Positions 1 to 8,870 of a stretch of DNA of 64,000 bases are shown one piece after another (positions within the stretch are counted from its first letter, which is position 1; the number at the start of each line of letters is the position of its first letter). A model generated the notes under the pieces. The model worked only from the letters and a program-made list of their open reading frames with translations. It did no database searches and was not told the DNA's origin. Source of the stretch: a bacterium (GTDB taxonomy: Bacteria > UBA8248 > JACPRG01 > G963555815); the NCBI GenBank assembly GCA_965218795.1, contig OZ244653.1, positions 4,000,001 through 4,064,000 on the forward strand. The letters run 5' to 3'. Both the position numbers and the translations under genes were made by a program.

Positions 1-93
1 GCGCCCCATCAACCCGCCTGCCCCGCGGGCCGCCCCTGCATGTATCCGGCAGGGCACAGGAATGACGGAACAGCGTCACGCAACCCTACCCAT

Positions 94-138
94 CCGTCAT
101 TCCCGCCCAAAGCCTTCGGGGACAGCGGCGGGAATCCA
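94..138. repeat. REP-like palindromic repeat (CCGTCATTCCCGC...GCGGGAATCCA family)
   Basis: CCGTCATTCCCGC-ccaAAGCCTTCGGGGACAGcg-GCGGGAATCCA. Related copies at 1262-1287, 22614-22668 and 22918-22972; a degenerate inverted half lies at 41-68. Confidence 0.7.
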
Positions 139-518
139 CCTTCTCTGCCGTTGTCACGGCTCCTCCTCTCTGTCCCCGACGAAGACATTCGAGGGCAGGC
201 ATCCGGGGGTTCTCGTTTCCCCTTTGCAAAATATCATTTGTTCTGGAAGATGCCTGGTTGTACACATGACGGATACAGGAGGGCGGCATTTTGTCTCTGC
301 GCTTGAAGTCAGAACGGAAATCGACCTCCGCGGCCTACCTCATCCGCCGATGAATCGCTCATATTTCCCACCACCCCATGGTGTCTGGAATTGCGCCCGC
401 ACTGAACGGAGCATGGGGAGAGTGCCAAAACAAAATCAGCGATACAAACCCGAGCCCCATATTTCACGCTGAGATATCGGCCCGGGTCGTCACGAGGGAA
501 TCGGGGAGGAGGGGATAA

Positions 519-563
519 GCGGTTCCGCCTCCACGGGGGAGGAGGAGCAGGAGGCGGAACCGC
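519..563 (-). terminator. Hairpin downstream of spy-like gene
   Basis: 14-bp perfect stem GCGGTTCCGCCTCC / GGAGGCGGAACCGC, 18 nt after the stop of 582..1088; U-tract is weak. Confidence 0.5.
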
Positions 564-581
564 GGGGATTCGATGGGTTGA

Positions 582-1088
582 TCAAAGCTCTTTGTGGCTC
601 CGTCCCCACATCTTGCCGAACCGTCCACGCCCGCCGGACAGCATTCCCTGAACGAGGGGTTTCATCTTCTTCCTTTGCTCGAGCGTCAGGGTTTCGCGAA
701 TCTGTGCGTAGGCCCCGGTCCAGTGGCTGATCATCCGTTCGGCGCCTTTGCCGATTTGAGCGATCTTCTCGTCCACCTTGGCCTGATCCATTTCATCAGC
801 GGTCAGAAGCTCGCCGAGCTCGATTCTGGCAACGCGCAGGTCCGCACGAAGTTTGACGGTCTTCTTCCTGGTCTGGGTCATGATGTCGGAGATCTTGTCG
901 ACCTGATCTTCTTTCAGGTCGAGCTTCTTCTCCATGAGCTTGATGGGATTGCGATACCCCCATCCCCCTTTGCGCCAGTGCGCCCTATGGGAATCCCCGT
1001 AGGAGTCGGCGAGCGTGGCCTTGGCCACCAGCCCTCCGGCCAGCATGATTCCCAGGGACAGTGCGATCCATTTTGCGGCTTTCTTCAT
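582..1088 (-). CDS. Spy/CpxP-family periplasmic protein
   Basis: Signal peptide, LDLKEDQ and LTLEQ (LTxxQ-type) motifs, helical, Gly/Arg-rich ends. Confidence 0.85.
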   Translation of the reverse strand: MKKAAKWIALSLGIMLAGGLVAKATLADSYGDSHRAHWRKGGWGYRNPIKLMEKKLDLKEDQVDKISDIMTQTRKKTVKLRADLRVARIELGELLTADEMDQAKVDEKIAQIGKGAERMISHWTGAYAQIRETLTLEQRKKMKPLVQGMLSGGRGRFGKMWGRSHKEL

Positions 1089-1165
1089 TTTCAGTTTCTC
1101 CTTCCACTCTTCTCTGGTTGATCGACGATTGACTTAGCCGGTTTCTGATCCTGAAGCCTGACCTT

Positions 1166-1185
1166 TAGACGCAGGGGGGTTCCAC
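1166..1185 (-). promoter_or_regulatory. Conserved motif GTGGAACCCCC-N3-CGTCTA upstream of spy-like gene
   Basis: 17/20 identical to 3018-3037 upstream of the ECF sigma gene; same strand and similar distance to the start codon. Confidence 0.6.
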
Positions 1186-1261
1186 GAACATTCGAGAAAA
1201 ATGCAGCAAATTTGGAGAGCAAAAAATGGAAATTATACGCTTGACGAGCCAGACCTTTTTC

Positions 1262-1287
1262 TGGATTCCCGCTTGTGCGGGAATCCA
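1262..1287. repeat. REP-like hairpin
   Basis: TGGATTCCCGC-TTGT-GCGGGAATCCA, perfect 11-bp stem; same family as 94-138. Confidence 0.7.
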
Positions 1288-1419
1288 TCTCGAGGGAGAA
1301 ATCGAGTTACGCGGCGTCTGACGATCTCGAGGCGCGGTACGGGGCCACGGGAATCTCCGGGGAATGATACCCCCCGGCTGGTCAAGTGTACGATTCCAAA
1401 AAATCGGGGGTGAGGACGG

Positions 1420-1902
1420 TCAGACGCGGCGGGAGGCGGCAATAGGCCCCATGGCGAGGCAATCGGGAAATCCCGGAACCCCGTCAAGCTTTCCGCGTTT
1501 CCACCAGCGCCTTCTGCCGCGCCCCCCGCGGTGGCGCTTCTCACGGAACCGCTTGAGCAGCCCCTCGAATTTCTCGGACTGTTCCGGATTGAGGACGGGC
1601 CGGATCTGGTCCGCGCTCCTCGCCAGGACTTGATCCACCCTTTTGAAGGCATCCCTTCGCACGCCCTCCAGCTCGACCCAGGTTGAGCGGAGGACCGGCG
1701 CGATCTGCGCTTTCTGGGCATCGGTCAGATCGAGCTTCCAGGAAAGAATCTTGAGGAGGCGGGACTGCTTCTTTCCGTGATCTCCTCTCCCACCCCACGG
1801 GCCCCAGCCCCGGAAACCCAGAAAGGCCCGGTCCAGAAATACCCCGCAGAGCATCCCGAACAAGAAAACTCCAATCAGCGCCCAGAGGGCCTTTCGCTTC
1901 AT
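1420..1902 (-). CDS. Membrane-anchored periplasmic Spy/heavy-metal-sensor-like protein
   Basis: Start re-assigned to MKRKALW (ATGA overlap with the anti-sigma stop); N-terminal TM helix, LDLTDAQ and LNPEQ motifs. Confidence 0.8.
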   Translation of the reverse strand: MKRKALWALIGVFLFGMLCGVFLDRAFLGFRGWGPWGGRGDHGKKQSRLLKILSWKLDLTDAQKAQIAPVLRSTWVELEGVRRDAFKRVDQVLARSADQIRPVLNPEQSEKFEGLLKRFREKRHRGGRGRRRWWKRGKLDGVPGFPDCLAMGPIAASRRV

Positions 1903-2330
1903 TCCTCGGGCACTCCCGCCCATTGATCCAGCACAGCCTCCGGCTCCAACAGACCCAGGCCGGGGAGATCCGATTCCTGAAGATATCCCGAGTTCCCCTG
2001 AAAAAATACGGCCCCGCCCAGAAGCAGCAGGACGAGCGCGAAGGCCGGCGCCAACCGTCGCGTCCATAGCAGCAAGGCGTCGCTGAAGCTGTCGGCAGAG
2101 TCCATGCGCTTCTGGATCTTTGCCATCACGCCCGGCCAAGCGGATCCCTCCGGCTCCGGCTCAGGCGCCGCCGCAAAAAACCGCTTCCAGAACATGTCTT
2201 CGTTCATGAGCGCCCGGCAGTCGGAACAAGAGCGGACATGAGCGGCCAAATCATCGGGCGGATTCCGGTCCACCTCAAACGGGCCGGCCGGTAAATCCTC
2301 CAGCCGCCTCCTGAATGTTTCACAGTTCAT
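1899..2330 (-). CDS. Zn-finger (zf-HC2/ZAS) transmembrane anti-sigma factor
   Basis: MNC...HVRSCSDC (HxxxCxxC), single TM helix, directly after ECF sigma. Confidence 0.85.
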   Translation of the reverse strand: MNCETFRRRLEDLPAGPFEVDRNPPDDLAAHVRSCSDCRALMNEDMFWKRFFAAAPEPEPEGSAWPGVMAKIQKRMDSADSFSDALLLWTRRLAPAFALVLLLLGGAVFFQGNSGYLQESDLPGLGLLEPEAVLDQWAGVPEE

Positions 2331-2934
2331 GGCTTGTCTGCCTTGAAAACTCTCCAGCGTAGGGCCTCAACAGCTCTCGAAGCCTCTCCCGGGCCCTCGA
2401 ATGGCGGGATTTCACAGTCCCCACCGAAATGTTGAGGATCCGACTGACCTCCTTGAACGAAAGACCCTCCATGTCCTTGAGGGTCGCCACGATTCTCAAC
2501 TTCTCCGGGAGGGCCGCCATGACATCCCCGACGAGTTTCCCGAGTGATTCCGAGGGCTCCGTTTCGCTTTCATCCTCAGAAGGCTCGCCCCCGAAAATCG
2601 GACGGCGAAGAGGCATGGCCGATTCCCGCGTCAATATTTCATCCAATGAGACGGTTCCGGGGTTCTTCTTGATTTCATCCCGCGCTCGGTTGACGGCAAT
2701 CCGGTAGATCCATGTCCCGAAAGAGGCATCCCCCCGGAACTTGCGGAGGGAGAAGTACGCCTTGACGAACACCTCCTGGACCACGTCTTCGATATTGCCG
2801 TGGCCCTGTCCGAGAATACGGGCGACGAGACGGTAAATCCGTGCCTCATAACGCTCGACCAGCCGCCGATAGGCCCGGAAATCACCCTCCCGCGCATGAT
2901 GGACCCAATCCCTATCCTCGTCGGCTTTCGCCAC
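2320..2934 (-). CDS. ECF RNA polymerase sigma-70 factor
   Basis: Region 2 EDVVQEVFVKAY...FGTWIYRIAVN and region 4 EGLSFKEV...GTVKSRHSRAR; GTG start chosen from GAAGGA RBS. Confidence 0.92.
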   Translation of the reverse strand: MAKADEDRDWVHHAREGDFRAYRRLVERYEARIYRLVARILGQGHGNIEDVVQEVFVKAYFSLRKFRGDASFGTWIYRIAVNRARDEIKKNPGTVSLDEILTRESAMPLRRPIFGGEPSEDESETEPSESLGKLVGDVMAALPEKLRIVATLKDMEGLSFKEVSRILNISVGTVKSRHSRARERLRELLRPYAGEFSRQTSHEL

Positions 2935-3017
2935 AACGGCGATGTCCTTCCATGTGCCATCAGGCGGGAGAACCCACTGCCCTGGATATGTTAACGCATG
3001 TGTCATCTCTACCTGAA

Positions 3018-3037
3018 TAGACGGTCGGGGGTTCCAC
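3018..3037 (-). promoter_or_regulatory. Conserved motif GTGGAACCCCC-N3-CGTCTA upstream of ECF sigma
   Basis: Second copy of the 1166-1185 motif. Confidence 0.6.
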
Positions 3038-3332
3038 AGCACCGGGGTTGGGCCGCCGGACAGGGTCGGCGCACAAATTGTTCTGGGCGGGGCCCTTCCC
3101 ACGCTCATAGTGAAAAACCACCGCCCCATCACTCTGGCCGGTCTCATCGGTTTCCCCGAGATGGCCGGAGCCGACAAGAGCATTCTGGAATTGAAATCCG
3201 AGGCCTGGGTGCAGACAAAAACCGCCGAGATCGAAGTCATCCTGGACGCGTCGTCGCCCAACCCGGCAGAGTGCAAATAATCCGCGATCCCGGATGTCGG
3301 ATTCCGTTCCGTCAATGGTTACCGTTGATATC

Positions 3333-3355
3333 TAATTGTTATATGGTAACATTAT
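3333..3355. promoter_or_regulatory. Zur-box-like palindrome
   Basis: TAATTGTTATA-T-GGTAACATTAT resembles proteobacterial GAAATGTTATA-N-TATAACATTTC; lies upstream of metal-uptake genes. Confidence 0.7.
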
Positions 3356-3416
3356 CAATCGAATCTGATTTGTGTATTGAGCGGTAGGGGTCAACACTCG
3401 GGGTACGGCCATGTAG

Positions 3417-3710
3417 ATGTCGACTCGAAGATTGTGGATGCGCCTGTTGATTGCGGGTTTTCTGACATGCTTCTTCGCCGTCGGGCCGGTCGCCCACGCT
3501 TATCTGCATCCCCACGAAGTCCATCAGAACTCGACCTGTCCCTCGACGGGTTTCACGCTTTCCATCGATTCCAACGCCCATCACGTCCTCCTTCCAGACT
3601 CTCTGGGGAAGGGGCAGCCTCATCCCATCCCGCGCCGGGCCGCCTGGCGCCTCATCCATGAATTCGCCCTCAACGTCACACGGGGACCTCCCGCCACGCC
3701 GCCGGCTTGA
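3417..3710 (+). CDS. His-rich leader protein ending in RGPP (DUF2946/CruR-like)
   Basis: 97 aa; signal-like N-terminus, HAYLHPHEVH cluster, C-terminal TRGPPATPPA; first ORF of the metal-uptake operon. Confidence 0.7.
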   Translation: MSTRRLWMRLLIAGFLTCFFAVGPVAHAYLHPHEVHQNSTCPSTGFTLSIDSNAHHVLLPDSLGKGQPHPIPRRAAWRLIHEFALNVTRGPPATPPA

Positions 3711-3776
3711 TGCCTGATCCCGGTCCGACTCTGAGCAGCGGACCCATGTTTGGCAGATTGAAGGGGAGTGGTCCCA

Positions 3777-5073
3777 ATGAAGAACCGAAAAGCGCTTGCG
3801 GCGCTTGTTGCGGCTGCATTTCTATTCTTGTCCGGCCCGCCGGCCCGCCGGCCCGCCGGCCCGCCGGCCCAGGCCGTGACAGAGGCCGACATCCAACAAA
3901 TGAAACAGGAGATGAAGGCCCTCCAGAAGCAGCTCCATGAGATGCGCAAGATCATCGAGCGGCAGGAGAAAGAGCTCAAGACGCTGAAGGAGAAGCCAAA
4001 GCCCGCCGGACGGGCCGCGGCTGGGAAGTCCCAAGATACGACGACCCTCACCGGGATCAGCCGGTCCCTCAACCCCGCCATCAGCATAAACGGTCTCTTC
4101 CTGAGAGCGGCTTCGAAGAATCAAAGGGAGGACGATCCGGCACCCGGGTTCTTCGTCCAGGAATTCGAGTTGCAGGCCACCGCCTTCATTGGTCCGACGG
4201 TCAAGGGAAACCTGATCATCAGGGAGGGAGGGAGAGAACAACGAGTTCGAATTCGACCTGGAAGAAGGATACTTCGACATCTTCGGCATCCCGACGGCCC
4301 TCATGCCCGCAGGGGTGACGAACCAGATCGCGCGGGAGCCTCCCTCCGCATTGGAAAGGCCTTCGTGCCCTTCGGGAAACATAACCCGCTGCACACCCAT
4401 CAGTTTCCGTTCATCGATCGGCCTGTCGTCCTGAAGCAAGTCTTCGGTGAAGAAGCCCTGAATGAGGTTCAAGGGCTCTTCAGTTATTCGCCTCCGTTCA
4501 TTCCTGTCTTTACGGAGTTTCAAGGGGCCGCCATGGCTGGGGCCAACGATGAGCTGTTCAACAGCCCCGGTCGAAGGATTTGGCGGGATTCCTGCGCGGG
4601 CGGACCCTCGTGGACGTTACCTCCGACACCACGGCGGAGCTGGCGGCCTCCTACACCTGGGGGAACGACGAGGGCCTCAAGAAGAACTCGGTGGCCGGGG
4701 GAGACCTGACGCTGAAGATGGTACGGAGGTCTCACCCGGTGGCCCCATACGCTCATCTGGACGACCGAGTACCTCTACCACAACCGCGATCAAGGACCCC
4801 GGATCAGCGACAAAACGCAGGGCGGCCTTCACAGCGGATTCCAACTGCAGGTCCACCGGGATTGGTGGGTTCAGGGGCGTTACGACATGTTCGAAATCCC
4901 CAAGTTCGAAGAGCGCGACCGTGAGTGGCGGTGGTTCTTTCTCGTGACCCTCGTTCCCAACGAATTTTCCGCCATCCGGGCGCAGTATAGGCGCACCCCA
5001 GATGGTGGACATCCACGAGTCCTTTATCCAGTTCAACTACACCTCCGGCTGTCACCCGGCCCATCTGTATTGA
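3777..5073 (+). pseudogene. Zn-regulated outer-membrane beta-barrel/porin, multiply frameshifted
   Basis: Signal peptide plus coiled coil, NPAISING, DLEEGYF (alternate frame), FGKHNPLHTHQFPFIDRP, EFSAIRAQY, C-terminal GCHPAHLY. Apparent shifts near 4230, 4335, 4575, 4725 and 5000. Confidence 0.75.
3832..3870 (+). repeat. Tandem 8-mer (CCGGCCCG) x4.9
   Basis: Read directly; lies in the signal-peptide coding region of the porin. Confidence 0.95.
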
Positions 5074-5085
5074 GGAGGGACACAT

Positions 5086-5610
5086 ATGGGAACCGTCATG
5101 AAGTGGATCATCGGGCTTTACTTTGTCGGGACCCTACCCTTCCCAGGTTCGGCCGGCACTCAACTGAAGGGGGTTGCCACGATTCCAGATCTCGGAGCCA
5201 TCGTGCGAGCAGTGGGGGGGGACCGGGTGCGCGTCCAAACCATCGCCCGGGGCGCCCGGCTTCTCGTCCTCAACGGCCTGGAGCTGGAGGTGGGTTGGCT
5301 GCCCCGGTTGATTCAGGGGGCCCGAAATCCTCGCATCCGGCCCGAAGGTCCAGGCGTGTTCAGCGGAGCCTCGACCGTCCGTGTTTTGGAAGTTCCCGCC
5401 GGAGAGCTTTCCCGGACCGAGGGCGACATCCACCCATTCGGGAATCCGCACATCACACTCGACCCGCGCAACGGGATAACGATTGCAAAAGCCCTGGCGA
5501 AAAAACTGTTGGAGCTCGATCCCGCCGGAAAGGCGCTCTATGAGAAAAGGGCTGCTGAATTCACTGAGCGGCTCACCGGGAAAACAACCAATTCGAAAAA
5601 AGGAGGATGA
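5086..5610 (+). pseudogene. ZnuA/TroA-like metal ABC substrate-binding protein, internally deleted and 3' truncated
   Basis: VGGDRVRV...NGLELEVGWLP...GDIHPFGNPHITLDP. The DPH segment expected after TIARG is missing; the C-terminal lobe is replaced by AT-rich DNA. Confidence 0.8.
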
Positions 5611-5932
5611 CCGTTCCACCATTCTCTACAACTCTCTTTCCTCGGAAATAGCGATTGAATCATTTGTCTCGGGCAGCCGGTCGTATACCATGTCCCCCGC
5701 GCTCCAATTTCGATGTGATTTAAATCCGGAAACAAAGATATTCGAAATGAGCGGCTATGAGCCCTATAAGAATATTTTGGTGTATGGAGAGACCATTAAT
5801 GAGACCCGAGACGTACTCGAAAAAGAAATCTTGCCTATCTTGTGGGAGGAATATGTGAACGGAAATGCCATCAAGCTATCTCCGAAGGCAAAGAAAATGA
5901 AACTTGACTTAGAGAAGAGGGTTCAAAGGTAG
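5600..5932 (+). pseudogene. HicB-like antitoxin fragment, probably 5' truncated
   Basis: AT-rich; ILVYGETINETRDVLEKEILPILWEEY...LSPKAKKMK; directly upstream of HicA-like ORF; no clear start. Confidence 0.45.
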
Positions 5933-5933
5933 A

Positions 5934-6218
5934 ATACCGATATCGACGAGGAAAATTGAATCTAGTTTACAGAATAAGGGATTTGTAAAGAAGAACAAAG
6001 ATCACAAGACTTTCCGATATATTATGTTGGACGGAACCGAAACGTCCATCTTTACACATTATTCTCATGGATCGAGCGGCCGGGATGTTAATGACGGCGT
6101 GCTTGGAGCTATGGCTCGACAATGCAGAATCTCGTCCAAGCAGTTCAGGCAGTTGGTAGAATGCCCCCTTAAGAGGGATGCATATGAGGAATTGCTACGC
6201 GAAAGTGGGGCGTTCTAA
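5934..6218 (+). CDS. HicA-like toxin (start codon ATA or mutated)
   Basis: The frame extends upstream of the listed ORF: (I)PISTRKIESSLQNKGFVKKNKDHKTFRY...THYSHG...MARQCRISSKQF; KGF and DH pattern is HicA-like. Confidence 0.6.
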   Translation: MPISTRKIESSLQNKGFVKKNKDHKTFRYIMLDGTETSIFTHYSHGSSGRDVNDGVLGAMARQCRISSKQFRQLVECPLKRDAYEELLRESGAF

Positions 6219-6339
6219 TAGTTATCGAAAGGGAAGTCGATCATGAAATTCTTGAAACACCCCCTTATGATTTCATGCCACGTACCTATTGCGCCGTCCT
6301 TTGGCTAGCTATCGATATAATGTCCCTTTTTTCCCCTTT

Positions 6340-6528
6340 GCAAGGATGCAGGAAGGGAAGCGCTTCGTCTCCGACACGATCTTCGGAGCAGCTTCAGGGA
6401 CCGTGACCGGCCTCGCGATGGGAAAACGGCATCATGCGCTCAAAGAGCGGGGCATCCGGATCGCCCCGCTCTCCGGCAGGGACGATGTCGGGCTTCAGAT
6501 GTCGTTACCGAACCGACTGTTTCGTTGA
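6340..6528 (+). pseudogene. C-terminal fragment of PAP2-family phosphatase
   Basis: ARMQEGKRFVSDTIFGA resembles SRxxxxxHxxSDxxxG, with His replaced by Arg. Confidence 0.5.
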
Positions 6529-6549
6529 CGCTCGGGGGCATCCCCTCTC

Positions 6550-7161
6550 TTACTTGAGGCCCTCGGCGAGCCGTTCGAGTGTCGAGCGGTCGTCGGCGAA
6601 GTGATGTTCTTCGGACTCCACGCCCAGGGCGTTGGCTACCCGCGCGATGTAGTTGCGATAACTCGCCAGACAGGCGATTTCCAGAATTTCGTAGTCCGTC
6701 CAGCCGTGAGACCGGAGGTTCTCCACGTCCTTCTCGGTGATCGTGCTCGGGTAGAGCGTGATCTTTTCGGCGTATTCGAGCATGGCCATATCCTTGGCGT
6801 CTACACCGGCCTTCCTGTAATCCTCCTTGAGCTCCAACATCAGCTTCTTCGACGCCGCATCGCCCACTTCACAGAGAAACTCTCCGTGAGAGATCGTTCA
6901 GTAGCGGCACTTGAGAAGGGCGGAAACCAGGACGGCGACCATCTCCTCCCGTTCGCGGCCCAGGCTGGTGCCCCCGAATGTGACTGAATGGGAGAATTCC
7001 TGGTAGGCGTACATCAACTCGGGCTTGATGCTGTGGGCCTTGACGATGTTCCCGATGTAGCTCCGCCGGGTGAGGGCCTTGTCGTAGATCTCGTTCACTA
7101 TTCCGGTGGCTTCGGATTCGTCGACGGTTGGGATCCAGGCGATGTTCGTTCGCGCTTCCAT
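6550..7161 (-). CDS. AhpD-like peroxidase-related selenoprotein (CRYU)
   Basis: ORFs 6898..7245 and 6550..6867 share a frame; the junction reads VSALLKCRY-TGA-TISHGEFL, i.e. CxxCxxxH with UGA at the second Cys; SECIS-like hairpin follows. Confidence 0.85.
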
Positions 7162-7244
7162 CTTGATACCTCCCTCCGCTCCATTGAATTCCCGGGCCGG
7201 CCGGGTCTGCCTGCTCCCATCATCGGGGTGATGGATAGACCGCA

Positions 7245-8870
7245 TTAGATTTCCGTTTCGATCCCCCCTTCGGCCAGCTTCTTCCCTGTCTCGTAATACC
7301 GACCCTCGACCGCCCGCTGGGCGTCCTCATCATACTCGTCCGACCAGTCGCCCAGTGGATAGCCGAACCAGGGCACACGGGGCGACAACGGCGGCAGGCC
7401 GATTCGCTCCCAGAGCTCCTTGGCCCGCTCCATGTACGCCCGCTTGGGCAGGGAGACGGGGGGATACGGATGCTTTCGGGTCGCGTCGATCAAGACCGCC
7501 GAAAGGCCGGTCACCCCCGGATAGAAACGCTCGGCCGCGGATGCCTCCGGGGGCGCGCTGGCCGGGTCCAGATTGCTGCCCTTGCCCGAGACGAAGCGGA
7601 TGTCCCGATCGGGCACCAGCCGGAAGCTCATCGCCCACAGGATGGATTCGGCGTCCGTGGGATCGATGTCGTCATCGACCGCTACGATGATCTTCCCGTA
7701 CGTGGGCGAATAGGAGGACGCGGCGTAAAGCGCCTGCCAAGCCTGGGCCGGATTCTCCTTGTCCACCCGAATCGCGATGAACTGGTGGGACCCGCCCATC
7801 TCGTGGAAGGAGACCTGCTTGACGGCGATGTTGTGGCAATCGTACCGAAGAAACTTGTAATAGTTGGATTCGTAGGCGATCTGGCGCAGTTTGCTGGACT
7901 CGCTCGGAGGCATCTGGCTGATGAAGACTTGCGTAATCGGGTCCCTCCGGTGGGTAATGGCCTTGACGTTGAAAACGGGCGCTATCCCCCGAAGGCCGAA
8001 GAAACCGGTGTACTCCCCGAAAGGCGCCTCAGGCTCCTGGTAGTCGATGGGGATTTCTCCCTCGATGACGATCTCCGCCGTGGCGGGCACCTCCAGGTCG
8101 CAGGTCTTGCACGGGACCAGCTGGAGCGGCTCACGGGAGATCCCCCCGGCGACAGCCAGCTCGTCCACCTCCAGCGGGAGCTTTGCGGCGCTGGCCATAC
8201 AGATGTTGGGCGCACATCCGAGGACTGCGGCCACGGGCAGGGCCTTCATGCCCAACCTCTTGGCTCGGCGGATGAGGACGATCAGGTCGGACTGCTCGTA
8301 CGCCAGGAGACCGGTTTTGTCGGGGGCCTTGAGGTGCGCGCGGTATGTGCCGAGGTTCCGGATGCCCGTCTCGGGATCCCTCGAGACCCAACAGGCAGCC
8401 GTGATAAACGGGGCCGGATCGAGGCCGGGTGACGAAATCGGGATGGGGAACTCGTCCAACCCGCCGTGCTCCCGCTTGAAGTCGGGCGCAAAGTGGACCT
8501 CCTCCTGAACGGGCCCGTTGCCGACGATCTCGGGGGGGATGGGTCTGTCGCGAGCCTCCACCCAGCGGTCCGCCGTCTCGTGCTCCTCGCAGCCCATTCC
8601 GAGGGCGTACATCCTTCGGGAAATGGCGGTCACGGCTACGGCGACGGGTGTCTGAAAGGTTCGGCCGCGGCTATCGGTGACGTTCTCGAAGAGGAAGGCC
8701 CTGCGCCGGCTCTCGGGAAGCCCCCGGAACTGCCAGCGGACCAGAGGCATGAGCTCGGTGTCCTTGTTCACGGGTTCGGTGATTCGGTGCAGGAGATCGT
8801 TCTCTTCCAGTGTTCCGATGTATTCCCGAAGATCCTGGTAGTAGGTTGTCGACTTGACCGACTGGCTCAT
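7245..8870 (-). CDS. UbiD-family (prFMN-dependent) decarboxylase
   Basis: DLREYI, AFLFENV, NLGTYR, VPATAEIVIEG, EAPFGEYTG, VDDDID motifs. Confidence 0.92.
   Translation of the reverse strand: MSQSVKSTTYYQDLREYIGTLEENDLLHRITEPVNKDTELMPLVRWQFRGLPESRRRAFLFENVTDSRGRTFQTPVAVAVTAISRRMYALGMGCEEHETADRWVEARDRPIPPEIVGNGPVQEEVHFAPDFKREHGGLDEFPIPISSPGLDPAPFITAACWVSRDPETGIRNLGTYRAHLKAPDKTGLLAYEQSDLIVLIRRAKRLGMKALPVAAVLGCAPNICMASAAKLPLEVDELAVAGGISREPLQLVPCKTCDLEVPATAEIVIEGEIPIDYQEPEAPFGEYTGFFGLRGIAPVFNVKAITHRRDPITQVFISQMPPSESSKLRQIAYESNYYKFLRYDCHNIAVKQVSFHEMGGSHQFIAIRVDKENPAQAWQALYAASSYSPTYGKIIVAVDDDIDPTDAESILWAMSFRLVPDRDIRFVSGKGSNLDPASAPPEASAAERFYPGVTGLSAVLIDATRKHPYPPVSLPKRAYMERAKELWERIGLPPLSPRVPWFGYPLGDWSDEYDEDAQRAVEGRYYETGKKLAEGGIETEI

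Noticed and set aside
3028-3280. Open plus-strand frame ending ...ILDASSPNPAECK
   Set aside because: No start or RBS and no family recognised; it may be a gene remnant.
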